A stretch of 64,000 nucleotides of DNA from Podarcis cretensis (lineage: Eukaryota): assembly GCA_951804945.1 (NCBI GenBank), contig OX638153.1, forward strand, positions 30,380,001 to 30,444,000, read 5' to 3'. The notes under the pieces were generated by a model that saw nothing but the letters and a program-made list of their open reading frames with translations, had not been told where the DNA came from and did no database searches. Made by a program: the position numbers and the translations under genes. Shown piece by piece: positions 12,545 through 26,110 of this stretch (positions are counted from its first letter, which is position 1; each line of letters starts with the position of its first letter).

Positions 12545-15500
12545 ATGTACATGTACAAGACTGAGTATAGCAGGGGTGGGGAATTGATGACTCATAGTTC
12601 CGATCCAGCTTGTCTGTTTTGTGGACAACAATCTCACTAGTACCATACAGTGGCAAAACCACTGAATGAAGTGTTGCTTCTGTCCTGTAGCTGCTGCCAC
12701 TGAAAGCAGATCAGAGCACTCCAAAAACAGGGAATAGCATTCTCCTCTGCTCTGATGTTTCCTGAATGCACCTTTGGGAAACAGAGCAGGTAGGAGTGCT
12801 GTTTCTTGTTCCCAGAATACTTTGATCTGCTTTTGATTGAAACATGACATTGGACAGGAAGGGTGCCTTGTTCAGCAGCACCAATGTGGACTGGGTTGGG
12901 GGCAGACAGGTAACATTGCAACACTGAGCTGGGCAATTTAAACCCCTCCACACAATCCAGAACCCCTGCAAAAACGGAAATTGAGCCAAAAAAGGTTATC
13001 CACTTATGCTTTATATGGATGCATATAAACATTTATTTATGTATTCATTTATATACATTCAGATCTGGATTGGTCCATCAGTATAGTGACAGTCCTAACT
13101 TAATCTTGTACAATATTATGTTGAGGCAAATTAGTTTATTTCCCCAAATATTCCTTTAAAACCCGCCTTTTAGAACAATGTCCCCTCGCAGCAGCTTCCA
13201 ACAGGAGATAAAAGCAATACAATAAATTTTTTTAAAATATAAATTCAAAACTAAAAACCAGGCAAACACCAGTAGTGTAAAACAAACATCAAGAAAGGCT
13301 GGACAGAACAAATAAATACTTAGTGTCTGCTTAAAAGTAACAAAATAATGGAACCTCATTGAGATTCCTGCAACTCTTCCTTTCCCTAACCAAATAGCAC
13401 CCCTGTTGCAGCTGCGCTGGCACCTCCATATGCCCTAAGAGTCCCCCCCATTCTACATTATTGACAATTTTCTTAAAATGCTGCAATATCTCACCAATAC
13501 AATTGATACACCTGAGAGAACACACATGTGGTGTGTGGACTTTAAAACTGCAAACACCACACACGGAGGTTGAGACGTCTGATTGCGTAATTGCTCTGGA
13601 AGATGTGTATGAAACAAACACTTTAAAACATAAACAGTGTGAGCAAGAGCAGACAGCAGGAGTGATGTAGTGCTGTCTGTCTGCATACCAACAGGTCAGA
13701 GAAAGCATGACTTTCATAATGCCTCGAGGTCCACAAGCAAACTGAAGCATCTTGTAAAATTATATCCCTCAATGTCTGTCATTGTCTTCTTTTGCACTGG
13801 CCATTATCAAAAGGAGGGATCTAGTCAGCTGCTGAAATACTCTTGGGACACCTCTCAACTTAAGAGTAGCTATTTATGCCGCATTTCTCAATGAGAAATA
13901 GGTCTTTATTTTACTGGGTTGCTGAATCATATGCTTCCACTTAGTGTTGAGCGAAGATGGGGGGGGGCATTTCAAGAAAACTCTGCTCTCTGTGACATGC
14001 CCCACTCCCAATATTTCAGCAATCATTCTGTGTTGTTCCTACTCTCCTCTGGAGAGGTAGCCTTGTTTCGAATGAATGGATGAGTGACTACATAACCAAG
14101 GAATAATTGGGTAACATGCATACATGAATCTGTGACTTCCTTTTTTTGCCTCTAGGCACCTGTTGTATCATTACCAAAGATTCCAAGGACACGGATGCCA
14201 TCTGCAAAATTCCCACTCTCATCCATTTCAGACACTCTACTGAATTCAATGGGTGGAATGCGGCATTGGAGTAGTGGTCTGGCAGGCAGGGCTCTGGTTG
14301 ACTTCGAACAATGCAAGTGTGCTTTCTCACTGTGAATATTAAACCAGGAGAAGACCTTGGAAAACACTACACTCTTGACACCCCCCCCAATGCCTGATAT
14401 GCTTATGGCCTAGATGGATTCTTGATCCTAGACATTGTGGTCCTTGTGGGCAGATGTGAAGCTTTCTCAAACTTTAGGAAAGTAAGCATGATGTTTTCAA
14501 GGTTCTCTTCTAAAGCCAGCCCCTTATGGTCCCTATAAACAAGGAGACCTCATGTTCCTTCTTGAAAATAAATGTTTACCATAAGTGACATTGCACCATA
14601 TTTCCCACAGATTCTTCCCCGATTTCCGAGTTCTGCCTAGTGTGCAGAAAGGAAAAGAGAACACAAGTTCATCTGCAGACTTTCTGAAAGCAGCAGGGAA
14701 ATTGTAAATGGTCCAAACTGTAAAATTTCTACTTTTAGTTTAACAGAAGACTGAGTAAAGCGAAGCTGCAAAGAGGATACATAAGTGTGTGTGTGTCTCG
14801 GTTATCTTAGCACTAAAGATAAGAACAATATAGACAGAAGTAAAAACACAGTGTTTTAATGTTATTTATAGACACGATAAGGAAATCTATGTTTCCTTAG
14901 GCTCAGGAAACCGACACTACTAATCTGTCATGCTTTGGGATAGGTGTGGCACCCGCTGTGAGTTGAGTTTTTCTCTAGGGTCACCAAAGGTTTAAAGATC
15001 ACCATAAGACTGTACAGGAAGTCTCCGAGCTGTGTCCGTGATTGTTAGCTGCTGTGGTCTTGGCTGTTGGTGCCTAGCATCTTTGGATCTGATAAATGTT
15101 ATTGTGAACTTTGTCAAAGCCTGTACTTCACCCAATTTTTAGAACAAGAGTTGCTGCATGTTGTGTGACATGCTGACCCCATTCCCAAAATAATATTTTC
15201 AAGGTACTCTTAATACAATAAGTTTCTGGTTAAATGAGATAATTCCATGACTCCTTAAAGGCTAACACATTATGGGAGCATAAGCTTTCATGGGCAGCTT
15301 ACCCACTTTATCGGCTAAGGAGCTGAACTGTTTTTGGATTTCAATTGCTTATGCAATTGTCTAAAATTCATGATTGCATTTTCATTTAAGAAAAAAATCC
15401 CCAACTTTTAACCACTGAAAAAAAAACATTTTAAAGAAAGAAGGAACTGAACACACATCTGCAAAAGCATCTCATTAATTAAGCATTAGAATATCAACAT

Positions 15501-15664
15501 ATGTTGTTATAGGCTTGGGTCTCATAAGTCACCTTTGAAGGGAGAATCCTTAGAAGTTTTAGAATGAAGTGCAAGGGATTAAGAAATAGCCAGCACAAAG
15601 TTGGCCATGGAGGTATTGTTCCACTCCATATCTAGAAGAAACCTGTTTTCTAGCTGTAGGCATA

Positions 15665-15889
15665 ATTGTCTACTGTCCCGCTTTGAGCGGGACACCCCAG
15701 AATTACAGAAGTCATTCCAGCTTTTGACTGGATCCTGAGATGTCCTGTTTTGGCTCCCACAGGAACGCAGCCCCCAAAGGTACCCGTTTTGAGGGGCCGT
15801 ACTCTCCCAGGAGCCAGATGACACCTGTGGGAGCAGGATCCCAAAAGACGCATGTCCTGATCGCCCTCTGTGGCATGTTGGAGGATATG
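15665..15889. mobile_element. Degenerate non-autonomous DNA transposon (hAT-like)
   Basis: Repeated tgtccc/gggaca subterminal motifs and a gttggaggatatg right end, similar to 23020-23153. Confidence 0.5.
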
Positions 15890-18428
15890 GCTACAGGAAA
15901 AGCTATAAATTTAATCTGTAGTTTGGTGTGTATTTATTTTTTAAACTTCAAATAGGAAGTTATGGCAGGCACTGCTCAGGTTGGGACTGGGGTGTGTCAG
16001 TTCTGCAGTTGCAACAAAAATAATTTCCCCTACCAAAGTTGCTGTTTGCATAAGGAGGGATACCTATAGAAGCTTCTCTCCTGACATAAAAAGCAACTTT
16101 AGGGGGCAATTTTCATCAGTACTTCCATCCCTCACCACCGTCCACATCCTCATCAGCCTTCCCATGGTTTCTGTTTAAAGCTTTTCTAAAAATAAATAAA
16201 CCACACAACTCCAAACAATGGGTTTGATATAACATGTAACTTGGCTCTATGGTTCCAATCTGATGCCAGATAGATAAACTGTCCTAAACAGCTTCCCTAA
16301 GCCATGGGGGGAAGCCCACCTGGGACACTTAAAAGTATTCAGCTAGTGGATATTCAAACTAAAGTGGAGTGGATAAGCTAGAAAGAAAGAGCTTACAAAC
16401 CATCCAAAATACTGTGTCAAAATACTATGTCAAATAATGGGTTCTATGTCAAAAATGAAAATAAAGAGATAGACTATTCTAAGGAGGCAGGAAATAGTTG
16501 AAATGAAATCTCTACTAACAGACATCCTTCAAGATCTAGCAGGAACTATCTGAAGCTAGAAGTGTGAAAAAATACATCTTTCACAGACAACTGTTTTGTC
16601 CATGTGTATTTTGATTTGGCATTTGACAATAAAGAGAGGCATTGCATGTGTGCGCATTGCAAACAGACATACTTTTTCACAGGCTCTACTTTTCTGTCCA
16701 AGGAAACTAATTTTAAAAAGTGACTTGCTCTCACCCATTCATTGAACTTCATGGCTGGGCCATGAATCCTGCACTGGAAAGGCTAAGTGTATCTGTGTGT
16801 ATCCGCTATATCACATTGTAACTAAGAAACCACTGAAATAATTTTGATTATTTTGCCAGAAGAAGGCTTGCGCTGCCAGCCTCTCACTGTTTACTATAGG
16901 ATTTGGGATTTTGACACCTCTCGTTTCCACTGTTCCTTTGTCTTGGCTTTCTTCTTTTCATTCTGCCTGCAGTCAGCCTCCATTTACAGCCCACTTTTCT
17001 ACTAGTTATTTTTTCTTTGTCTCTTCATCACTCCTTTCCGTCTCTGTCAGAGCTTCAGTTGAAGTTTTGAACCCCCAAGTGGGTTCAAGGCGAAAGCAAA
17101 ATGAGTTTTCCATCTTTCCAAGTAGCACTTTATTGTTTCTGTGGATTATAGTAGCACCTAAAAGCTGCATTGCTGTCAGGTTCAAGACTCTTGGGTGCTA
17201 GACCCAAGATATACATGTAAGTAAAGGGAAGTTCTGACCCCTGAAGCACACATAATCTTAATGGGGGACAATTGGCCAACATTTTATAAAACATAGATGT
17301 GGGAAGGGAACAAGTGAAAAAGGCTGCGGTTGTGGATTATTGTTGCAATAAACAGCAGCTATCAAACTGTAAACTGTAACCAGGTGTGGCGTGGACATGG
17401 TGTGGTTAGTTGTGTGAGAGGATTCAGGCAGCAACACTGGATAGCTGTGGAAGCTCTACACTTGTAGCATGGGGGTAACTGCTCATAGATGGCTCACGTG
17501 TCTTCTCATGCTAAGATGCAAAGCAGCATTGCATAATCACCATTCAAAGTGCAGCAACCTGACCGCACCCTGCTGCCTGTCATATGAGCTGAGTGTTGGA
17601 ACAGCCTGATGAAATGATTCTACCATCTGTCAGCTGAAAAAGGGTTCTGCTGGGGAACATCTTCAGGCCCATTTTAGAGGCGTTCTTGGAAATCGATTGC
17701 GCTAATGACTTCCATATTTCATCCGAACATTTTTTTTTCATTGCCTCAGAATATATAGAAAGAAAAGAGGGCTATAACATCCAGATCTTGCTTTGTGAAG
17801 ACACTCTTGCCCTCTGAACACTGACAGATGAAAATAGGCACATTTCAGCAGGTCCTTTGAAGGTCTGGCATCATGGTGGGATTTTAAATGTAGGGTGGCA
17901 GCCTTCAAACTTGGCAGCTTATGGAGAGTTCAGCTACTTGCTGTGGAGCAGGGCAGCATGAATATTGCATACTTTAAGGGCTTATTGCAGCCAAGTATAT
18001 TTGTTGGTAAGCAGAAAATGGAACAGGTGTGGTGCAATGGTGAACTGTGTGTGAACTAGGGAGTTCTTGGTTCAAATTATGCCTTGCCATGAACTCACTA
18101 GGAGAGTTCACCCTTTCTGACTCAAATTCCTATCTACAATATGAGAATACGAATGCCACCTGGAGGGAGATGCGGGTAAGATATGATATTAAATATGCTA
18201 CTTTTCTCCAGAGGCTCTCTGTTGGCAGTGACGGTTTTAGGTGTGTCCAGCTGATGTGTGATTGTCGATGTGCAGGTCCTTTTGGACCCGGAAGAAAGCA
18301 GAATGGGGGAGGGGTGTAATGAGATGCTCTGCCAACGCATGCAGGGGCTGGGAACAGAACCCTGGTGCAAAATAGTCGCTGCCAGTAGTCCTGTCTTAAC
18401 TGAGCTGTCTCTGACCTTGTTATCTAAG

Positions 18429-18609
18429 AGAGACTATAGCTCAGTGGTTAGAGCACTTTCTTTGCATGCAAAGCTTCTAGGTTCCATCTCCAGGTAGAGT
18501 TGGAAACAAATCCTGGTGGAAACTAGAGAGCCTCTGCCAGTCAGTGTAGACAATACTGAGCTAAATGGACCAATAGTGTGACTTTGTATAAGGCCGACTC
18601 CTTCCTATG
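18429..18609 (+). mobile_element. Old tRNA-derived squamate SINE
   Basis: tagctcagtggttagagc A-box head; body ctgccagtcagtgtagacaatactgagcta...cttcctatg; related copies at 37825-38015 and 61585-61750. Confidence 0.75.
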
Positions 18610-19551
18610 AATGCATAGGGTGGCCCTGTCAGATGTACAGCATAATCTTCCACATATAATATTGCAGTGTATGTAAATCTGTGTGGAATGAAACAGTCAA
18701 GAGTCTCATATTTCCCCCTCTTTCTCCCTTATGGTTCTGTTTCATAGAGTGGCTGCTCAGACTACATTTTATACATGTAGTTAAATCCTGTGTACAAAAT
18801 AGATGCCTAGTGTGCTAGATGATAAAAGGAACACATATGAAAAAAATCTTCTCATTCCCTTTAAAAATAATGGAAGAGATGTCCATGAAAGGACTGAGCC
18901 TCCCATTCCATGTACTTAAAAATAAATAAAAAGTAGCTATTTTTACCACCCTTCAAAAGTGCATACCTATTCTGTGATTGGGTTACTGCACCTGGTTACA
19001 AAATGCAGTGTTGGAAGCCACCCTCGTTTAAGCTTGGTTTATTTTCTAATTTTGAGCAAACAGTTCATGGGACACATCACCATGGAAGCAAGTCTTTGAA
19101 TGGGTCCAAGATAACCATGAACAACAATGCATGCCAATGCCTGGCAGTTGGAGCAGCTATGCTGAATGATGTTCCCAAGCTCAAGTTCTGCTTAAGTCCC
19201 TGTCGTGAGATTATTGCTCCCCCTAATGCACCTCATATATCTTCTCTGCTCGGAGGAGCACTGGGATTGCTCAATAAGTATGTTCATGGCAGGTGAAGTA
19301 ATCGGTTTACAAGCTCTTAGTAAGTGTAGTTTTTAAAAAGAAGAGGCTAGGGCCTTCTCTTACTCTCATTCTTGCACTCTCTGAGACCCATACTATAATC
19401 TTATATTGATTTTATATCAGTTTAACTGTCATGGTTTCTCCCAGATAACCCTGGGAGCTGACTTTCGGAGTGATACAGAGCTACAGGTTTCAGTGTACCC
19501 AGCAGAGAAGGAATTACTATGAAACCAGTTCAGTTATGGTATAGATTTGCC

Positions 19552-19689
19552 CAGTGCTTTTTTTTCTTTAAAAAATATATTTAGGGGTACTCTCATTTTC
19601 CTCCTCATATTGTAATGCTGCCCTCAATGAGGCCCAAAAATGTTTTGGGGGTATGCGTACCCCTGCATACCCCCAGAAAAAAAGCACTG
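19552..19689. mobile_element. hAT-type MITE
   Basis: TIR CAGTGCTTTTTTT / AAAAAAAGCACTG; perfect 8-bp TSD GATTTGCC (19544-19551, 19690-19697). Confidence 0.9.
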
Positions 19690-20377
19690 GATTTGCCCCA
19701 CCTGGCAGGAATGTAAAGGAATTTTATTTACTTATTTGTTGCATAAGCAAATATCACTATTTTGTTCTCACCGTTCTGTTTAAATCTTTGTATGTTGAAA
19801 TTTATTATACAGTGCTACTGCATAGCATCCTGGGAAGCCAAGATATGAGTGACTTTTACACTCTAGTCAGCTCTACGGACTTTTGGATATCCGGAAATGG
19901 GGGGAAAGCCCCCAAAATAAACTCTCTTTTTTAAAAAGGTAAAGAGGTATCTTGGCCTAGCCTTTGCTAATGTTTATAACATATTGATCTGAGGTAGAGT
20001 GGAATACCTCAGAGGTCAGCACTTGTCTTTGCATTGCCCTATATATTTCTCAGAATGTTTCTCCATAGCTGAGGGAAGAGAAGGGGCTAAGCCCTTCGAA
20101 AATTCCACACAGAAGCCAGGAGTATTGTTTTCTCTACATTAGGGTTGCCAAAAATGAATGAAGTTCAACTCCTTCCTCACATATAATCAGGCTGCTCTTC
20201 CAGGAGGATTGCATTAGTACATAAACACTACAGACATTGGTGGTGTACTATAGTGGTCAGGAAGCTGCTAGTTCAAACTGTACCTCAGCCTAAAAAAATG
20301 GCAAAGCTAACAACTAACAGGTTAAAAACAACCACCACCACCATAGAGGCAAAAGAGTGAGAGTTTATAACTTAGAG

Positions 20378-20512
20378 CAGTGTTTCCCAGACTTGGGTCT
20401 ACAGCTGTTTTTGAATTACAGTTCCCATCATCCCTGACCACTGGTCTTGCTAGCTAGGGATGATGGGAGTTGTAGTCCAAAAACAGTTGGAGACCCAAGT
20501 TTGGGAAAACTG
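20378..20512. mobile_element. Palindromic MITE
   Basis: Nearly the whole 135 bp folds back on itself (cagtgtttcccagacttgggtct ... agacccaagtttgggaaaactg). Confidence 0.85.
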
Positions 20513-20972
20513 ACTTAAGAGATATTTCCTTATTCAGGATACTAAACGCTTCCTTAGAAAACGATGGTTTTTGGACATGATCTAAGATGGGGGTAGCCAA
20601 CAAGGTTAAGGAATGCAGATATTGTTGGATTCCATCTCCCATCAACCCCAGCTAGCATACTCAAAGGACAGGGATGATAGAAATTGTAGTCCAACAGTGG
20701 AGGAAGCCATGTTGGCTACCATTGCCCTAAGAGCATGTGGGTCTGTTAGAGCAGAGAAAGGTTTTGAGACTACTGTAAATCATCAAGTTGCTCTGCAGAT
20801 TGTGGTTATTTGTTAGCCCTTATTCTGTGGTTTAGATGTATGAACCCAAGACCATTCCAACCGTAACTCATTAAGGACAGGGACCAGAAAATAGGAACAG
20901 CACCTGACAAATTGGGACAACTGGGGCATGTTAGGCAAGCATCAACCTCCGCCCATCTGTACTGTATACAGA

Positions 20973-20973
<1 letters not shown>

Positions 20974-21016
<43 letters not shown>
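20974..21016. repeat. (GT)n microsatellite
   Basis: Read directly. Confidence 0.95.
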
Positions 21017-21019
<3 letters not shown>

Positions 21020-21354
21020 GAACACAACAATAATTACTGTGGCAGATCTTCTGCCATGTTCATTCCACAGAAGCAGAACCTTGTTTGGTAAGCAGCCTTT
21101 GCATGTCATCCTTCAGTAACTATGATTTGTATGGTCTGAAAATGCAGAGCCACAAATGCTATTCTTAACTGAGCTCGTGAATGTATCCTTCACAGCAGTG
21201 GGACTGCTTTTCACCAGCCTAAAGCAAGGAACAAATCTGTTAATTGCATAGCACCCAAGTTAGGCTGAACATCAGTGTATTAGCAACTTATGTATGAGAA
21301 ATGGCTAATACTATTTTAGTTCTCTTTTAAATGTCTTTTTACTTAAGGAAAAAA

Positions 21355-21750
21355 ATGAGTAAGGGGAGATATAACGGAGGTCTATAAATTTATGAACAGG
21401 GTGGACAAAGTGGATTTAGAGACATTTCCCCCTCACAATATTAGATCTTGGTATCAGCCACTGAAACCGACTGGATGTGTTCAGGACTGACAAAAGGAAG
21501 CACTTCTCACACAGAGCAATGGACTTTATGGAATTCAAGAGGGTGGGTTTTTCTGTTGTCATCATCACCATCATTTTCTTCTGTTGTTTGTTTACTTGGT
21601 TAAAATTGAATTAGTACATATATGGAAAAGCACACTATTACAGGCTGTAGTGATGACCACTGGTTTAGATAACTTTCAAATAGATTGTGCAAATTCATGA
21701 GAATAGGTACATTGACAGCTAAAAGCCCACTAACTGAATGGGACATCTGT
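21355..21750 (+). mobile_element. Degenerate CR1 LINE 3' fragment
   Basis: gagtaaggggagatataacggaggtctataaatttatg...caggactgacaaaaggaagcacttctcacacag; boundaries approximate. Confidence 0.6.
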
Positions 21751-23019
21751 ATACAGAAAATGTATAACTCGGAATATCGTTCACGCTTAGATTTGGTTAA
21801 TTGCTGCTACTTGCAATATTATACTTTGCCTTTCTGCAATAAAACCTTGCTCTGAGATAAGGAGCAGCAGAAAGAGTTTCTTTAAGGCAGACAGTTGCTT
21901 TTCTGTCTTACTGTATATTGTGTACTGGTGCTTACTGTTTTTAATAATTTTATGTAATTAAGGAGGTCTGCCTGAAAAGTGGGGCTATAAAGCATCATTA
22001 TAGCAGCAGCAGAGCAGAAACACCCTTAGAGGCTTTAAATAACAGAATGAAATGAAATGAAGGAAGAGATGAACATGGCCTGATCTAGCAGTGCATTTTT
22101 GTGCTTTTGTATTCAGTAAACATCCCAGCTGTGCTAAATATAATTCTGAGGACCCACATTGGTGTATAATCCATACAGCCAGGATTCCTTCCTTAGATCA
22201 TGTTTTAATTATTGTTCAAGTAAGCATAATTTTGAAAATGACCACCCATTGCCTGCAAAAATTATTCCCTATTGGGAAACAAGATTGCCTGCACCCACCT
22301 TTGTTTGCATGGTGATGATGATGATGATGATTAATTTCCTTTCATGTTCTCTTAAGAGGCCTCAGTTGGCTCTGACATAAGGCACAACATGACAGACGCT
22401 GGGGCTCCTAACCTGCCTGTTAAGATTAAAGGCCTGGACACCAGCTTAGCTCTTGGCTTTGGCTTGTGCTCCATAGGGATGCATTGTAGAGGCATGCTTG
22501 GGATTCTTGGAGGTGGGGGGCTCTGAACTGGAGTGGTCTGACTATTTCAGGGCAGAGACTGTGTTGAGAGGAAGTGTGATTTGTCAGTTTGCCTGGCTCT
22601 GAGCCACCAAAAGAGCTAGGCAGGGTTTGTAACAAGATACCCTGTCCCTTGCAACCGCCACAGCCATGCCTGTTTGTCATGAATAAAAACTCCCTGGTCA
22701 AATACAGAAGGAAATGGAGAGGAAAGAGAGGTTGTAGTTAGTGACAAGGAAAGTACCATGCTGGGTGTTTTTTTGTGAAAGTGCAGCTGCCATTCTTCTT
22801 TCCAATAATGTATATTCCACATCGCTTTCTAGGAATAGTACACACAATGCACATTATCACCATAGCCCTAGGAGTGCCGGCTTGGCCTTGAGACTCTGGA
22901 TGCCTGAACCTCAACTGAGATGTTTGCTGCCTATCCCCATGACCCTTTAGGCCAGATTCTGCAGGACTGTACCTATTGATCACAAGATTTCTGCCCTGGC
23001 AATTGACTACTACTTCAGA

Positions 23020-23153
23020 CGCTTCAAGTGTCCCTATTTTCCAGGGACAGCCCCAGATTTACAGAAGCCGTCTTGGTTTCTGATTTGATCCTAGAATGTC
23101 CCACTTTTTCTTAGGATGCTCCTATTTTCATTGGAGAAATGTTAGATGGTATG
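23020..23153. mobile_element. Short non-autonomous DNA transposon (hAT-like)
   Basis: gtgtccctattttccagggacag...gaaatgttagatggtatg, a common squamate MITE pattern. Confidence 0.55.
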
Positions 23154-23358
23154 CCACTTGACCCTCCATTATGATTATTTGACATCATTAAGCCTTTCCT
23201 AGCAATGGGGTTTTAATTAATTAATTTATCAGGTATCCTGATTATGAAAAAGGCAATGTACAACAAATTTAAAATAAAACAGGATTTGCCCATAGGCTTA
23301 CAACCATAAGGATGGTTGCCACACTTACTGTCAGGGATGCTATATGATGTTATGTAGC

Positions 23359-24944
23359 TTGTGGAGCCCAGCGGAAAAACCCGTGTGGAATAAAGCCACT
23401 TCCGGCCTGCCCAGGAGGTGGGGTTGCGGGCTTCACGCCCACCCCCACGTGAGCGGGGGCTGGTTTCAGCCCCCGCGAGAACAAGGGAATCCCGGCCGGG
23501 TCTGCCCTATTTAGGGCCGGCGCAGAGGGGGCTTGCCCTCTTTTCGCCGGCTAGCCCTCACGTTTTCCCACCCTCCCTCCCTTTAGGTATGCTTTAGGTA
23601 GGTCTTTGACTTTGCTATGGACTTCAATCTGTCACCGCAAGGGGCATGGTAGGAATTTTTCCCAATTGGCAATTTGTAGCCTTTTGGTTTTTCGCCTACC
23701 TCGTAGCAACTCGTCACAACTTTTCGGCATTGGCGGTAGGCATTGGTAAGAAGGGGTTAAGAGGATGTGGGGGGGGGAGGAACGCCATCACCTCCCCCCA
23801 GTGAGCGAAGGGTGGTCCGTTAAAGGACTCCGGGGGGCGTGGCCCTGTCCGAAACCTATGGAGGTGTGGGCCAAAGGCACGCCCCAGAGCGGTGACCCGG
23901 GGGAGCTCCTAGTCGACGTGCCTTGGCAGGAGACTCCCCCGATAAAGTGTTAATCCTTCCCCGTGTCTCCAGCAAATGGGCTGGAGCCGGACAGTCGATA
24001 GGACCAATGCCTAAGCCAATGCCTCTCATTCCTGAATTCAATAAAGTTGTGGCCTAATTCGCCCAATTAACCTTAATTATGGTGTCTCGTGTCTTTATTT
24101 ATCCTGGTGGGGGGGCGGGAACTGGCCACGCAACGACTCAACACAATGTGCTATGGGATTAAAAATTGGCCACAACTTTATTATGTTTCAGATGTGGGTA
24201 GACCTTGGCTCAGGCATTGGGCATTTATCCCTCCCAGTCCCCCATCAGGGATCTGGGGAACATCAGGGTTATCCAGAGTGTGTGTGTGGGGGGGGGGTGG
24301 CCTGGCTCTGGAGAACATATGTTCAAGCAGAGCGAGCCTGCCCCCATTACGCCGCCATCACAGGGGAGAGCAATGACAACCTCTAGGTGTATGGCCAAAG
24401 CCTTCCCTCAAAACAACCCCTTTAATGGGGAACCCTGAGATCGCCACCACAAAGAGAAGGGGGGCGTAGGTCACCACTACACGCCCACCCCCATTTAGGG
24501 AAGATAGACTAAAGGATTCCGCCCAAGGCCTGATACCGCCAAAATTGTGACCTTTTGCTATGGAAAAGGCAAACCTGCCAATGCAGAAGAATTCCTTTCC
24601 GGCCCTTCAACAGCGATCTTGATGTAGCAGCGCCCGTATACCTGTGGAGAAAAGGCCAACCTGCAAAAGAAGTCTTAACTGAGGGAGGGTAGGGTGGGAG
24701 AAGCTCTGGAGCCACCTGCCTATTGTGTGGGCAGGGTGGTCCCTCCCCCTACCTGGCCTGATCACCTGGGCAATGCCTCCCCAGGCGGGATTGGGCAACT
24801 GGCTGAGGTAGGCGGAGACCTCCAGGTATCCCACCTGGGGAAGGTGAAGCCAAGCCTGTGCTAATGGTGCCGCATAGGGTCCAGGGGGCTGCGTGCGACC
24901 ACACAAAGGGTGCACCCCATTTAATGTGGGGAGCGGTCATTGTG
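23359..24944 (-). mobile_element. Copy A' of the 638-1452 element, split by element B (pieces 24134-24944 and 23359-23393)
   Basis: TTGTG (CACAA on minus) at both outer ends (23359-23363, 24940-24944). Joining gtggaataa|cgactc across B restores the sequence seen in copy A (gagtcgttattccac). Confidence 0.75.
23394..24133 (+). mobile_element. Element B, a diverged relative of A, nested in A' in the opposite orientation
   Basis: Shares ttcgcct..cgtagcaa..cgtcacaacttt, ccaatgcct.agccaa, AATAAAGTTGTGGCC and a terminal CCACGCAA with copy A; CpG-rich. Confidence 0.75.
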
Positions 24945-26047
24945 TTTAAAAGATGGAAATGCTCATATTTTTGTTTCAGTGTAGCAAAATGTAAGTAATT
25001 TTAAAAACTTTCCCCCATGCACTCAGAGAGAATAATCTGATTTGAAGGGAATTTAACCCCCTCACTAATATGATAGTAGTTATGATACATGTATGATATG
25101 CTTTCAATACTGTTTGACCTGTAACAGTTTTGCAGTGATCGTATTGCTGTGCTTCAAATCAGTGCATGTCCTGCAACATCTTTATGAAATCCTGTAACTT
25201 CTATACCAAAAATGTTCTGCTTTATTTTTTATTTCCCTTTTGTTGCACTATAATACAGGAATGCCCCTCCAGGTGTCAAAAATGCGGTAGCATTAGAGAA
25301 GCATTGCGGAACAACTAATAAGGCAGAACTATATGTGGATAGTCCAGTATAAGTCCAACATTAATGCACTATTAATGTGTCAATGACAAGTTGCAGAACA
25401 CACACACAAATCCTGCCCCTAAAACCCAACAGTCTGCGAGAGCCCTGAGTTAATTAATTCCACATGCAGTCAGGGGTGCTAATGCCCCTGGACATAGGTT
25501 TTGCACCTCAGTAAGAACGGGGTCATGAACATGCAACAGAAATGGAATCATGAGTCCCAGATGGTGATGTGAAAGTCCCGTTTTTCTCTACCTGTTTTCC
25601 CTGTTTAAATTTACAAAGCTTTAAACTGAAACCCTTCTTTAATGTGTCTAGATTCAGCATGGCCAGTGTCTTCTTTTGATGCAGTCTCCCCACCAAATAA
25701 ACTACTCCTAAAATAACTTTGCAGCAGAAGAACTAATTAATAAATGGTCTAGAACGCCTTTGGAGTGTGGCACATCTGGTAACTGTCTCAAGATAAATTT
25801 TCCACTGTATTTTTCTTACAGCTAACCCCTTGGAGTTTGTTTAATTCTTTGGAATTGAGGACTGCTGCTTTTGCAAAAGTTCTGCTCTCCTGCTGTTTAT
25901 GTAAACACAATGATCCATGGGTTGTTCCTATGCAATGAGTCTCTGGCAGACAGTATTCAAGACTGGGGCTTGTTTGCTTTAGAAATGCCAATGAGTCATC
26001 TGTTTTCAGCATATTATCACATGCAAAGAATTCTCACAGGTATCTGC

Positions 26048-26110
26048 TGACTGGACTAGATGACCCTTGGGGTATCTTCCAAATCTAAAATCCCATTACT
26101 TTATGATTCT
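26048..26110 (+). mobile_element. CR1 3' terminal fragment
   Basis: ctggactagatgacccttggggtatcttcca...tatgattct. Confidence 0.65.

Noticed and set aside
12314-12850. 178-aa ORF
   Set aside because: Runs through a (CA)n microsatellite; low-complexity chance ORF.
14156-14334. Strong plus-strand acceptor (ttttttgcctctag) suggesting a last exon
   Set aside because: None of the three frames gives a recognisable peptide, and the nearest upstream exon-like stretch (from 12691) has stops in all frames.
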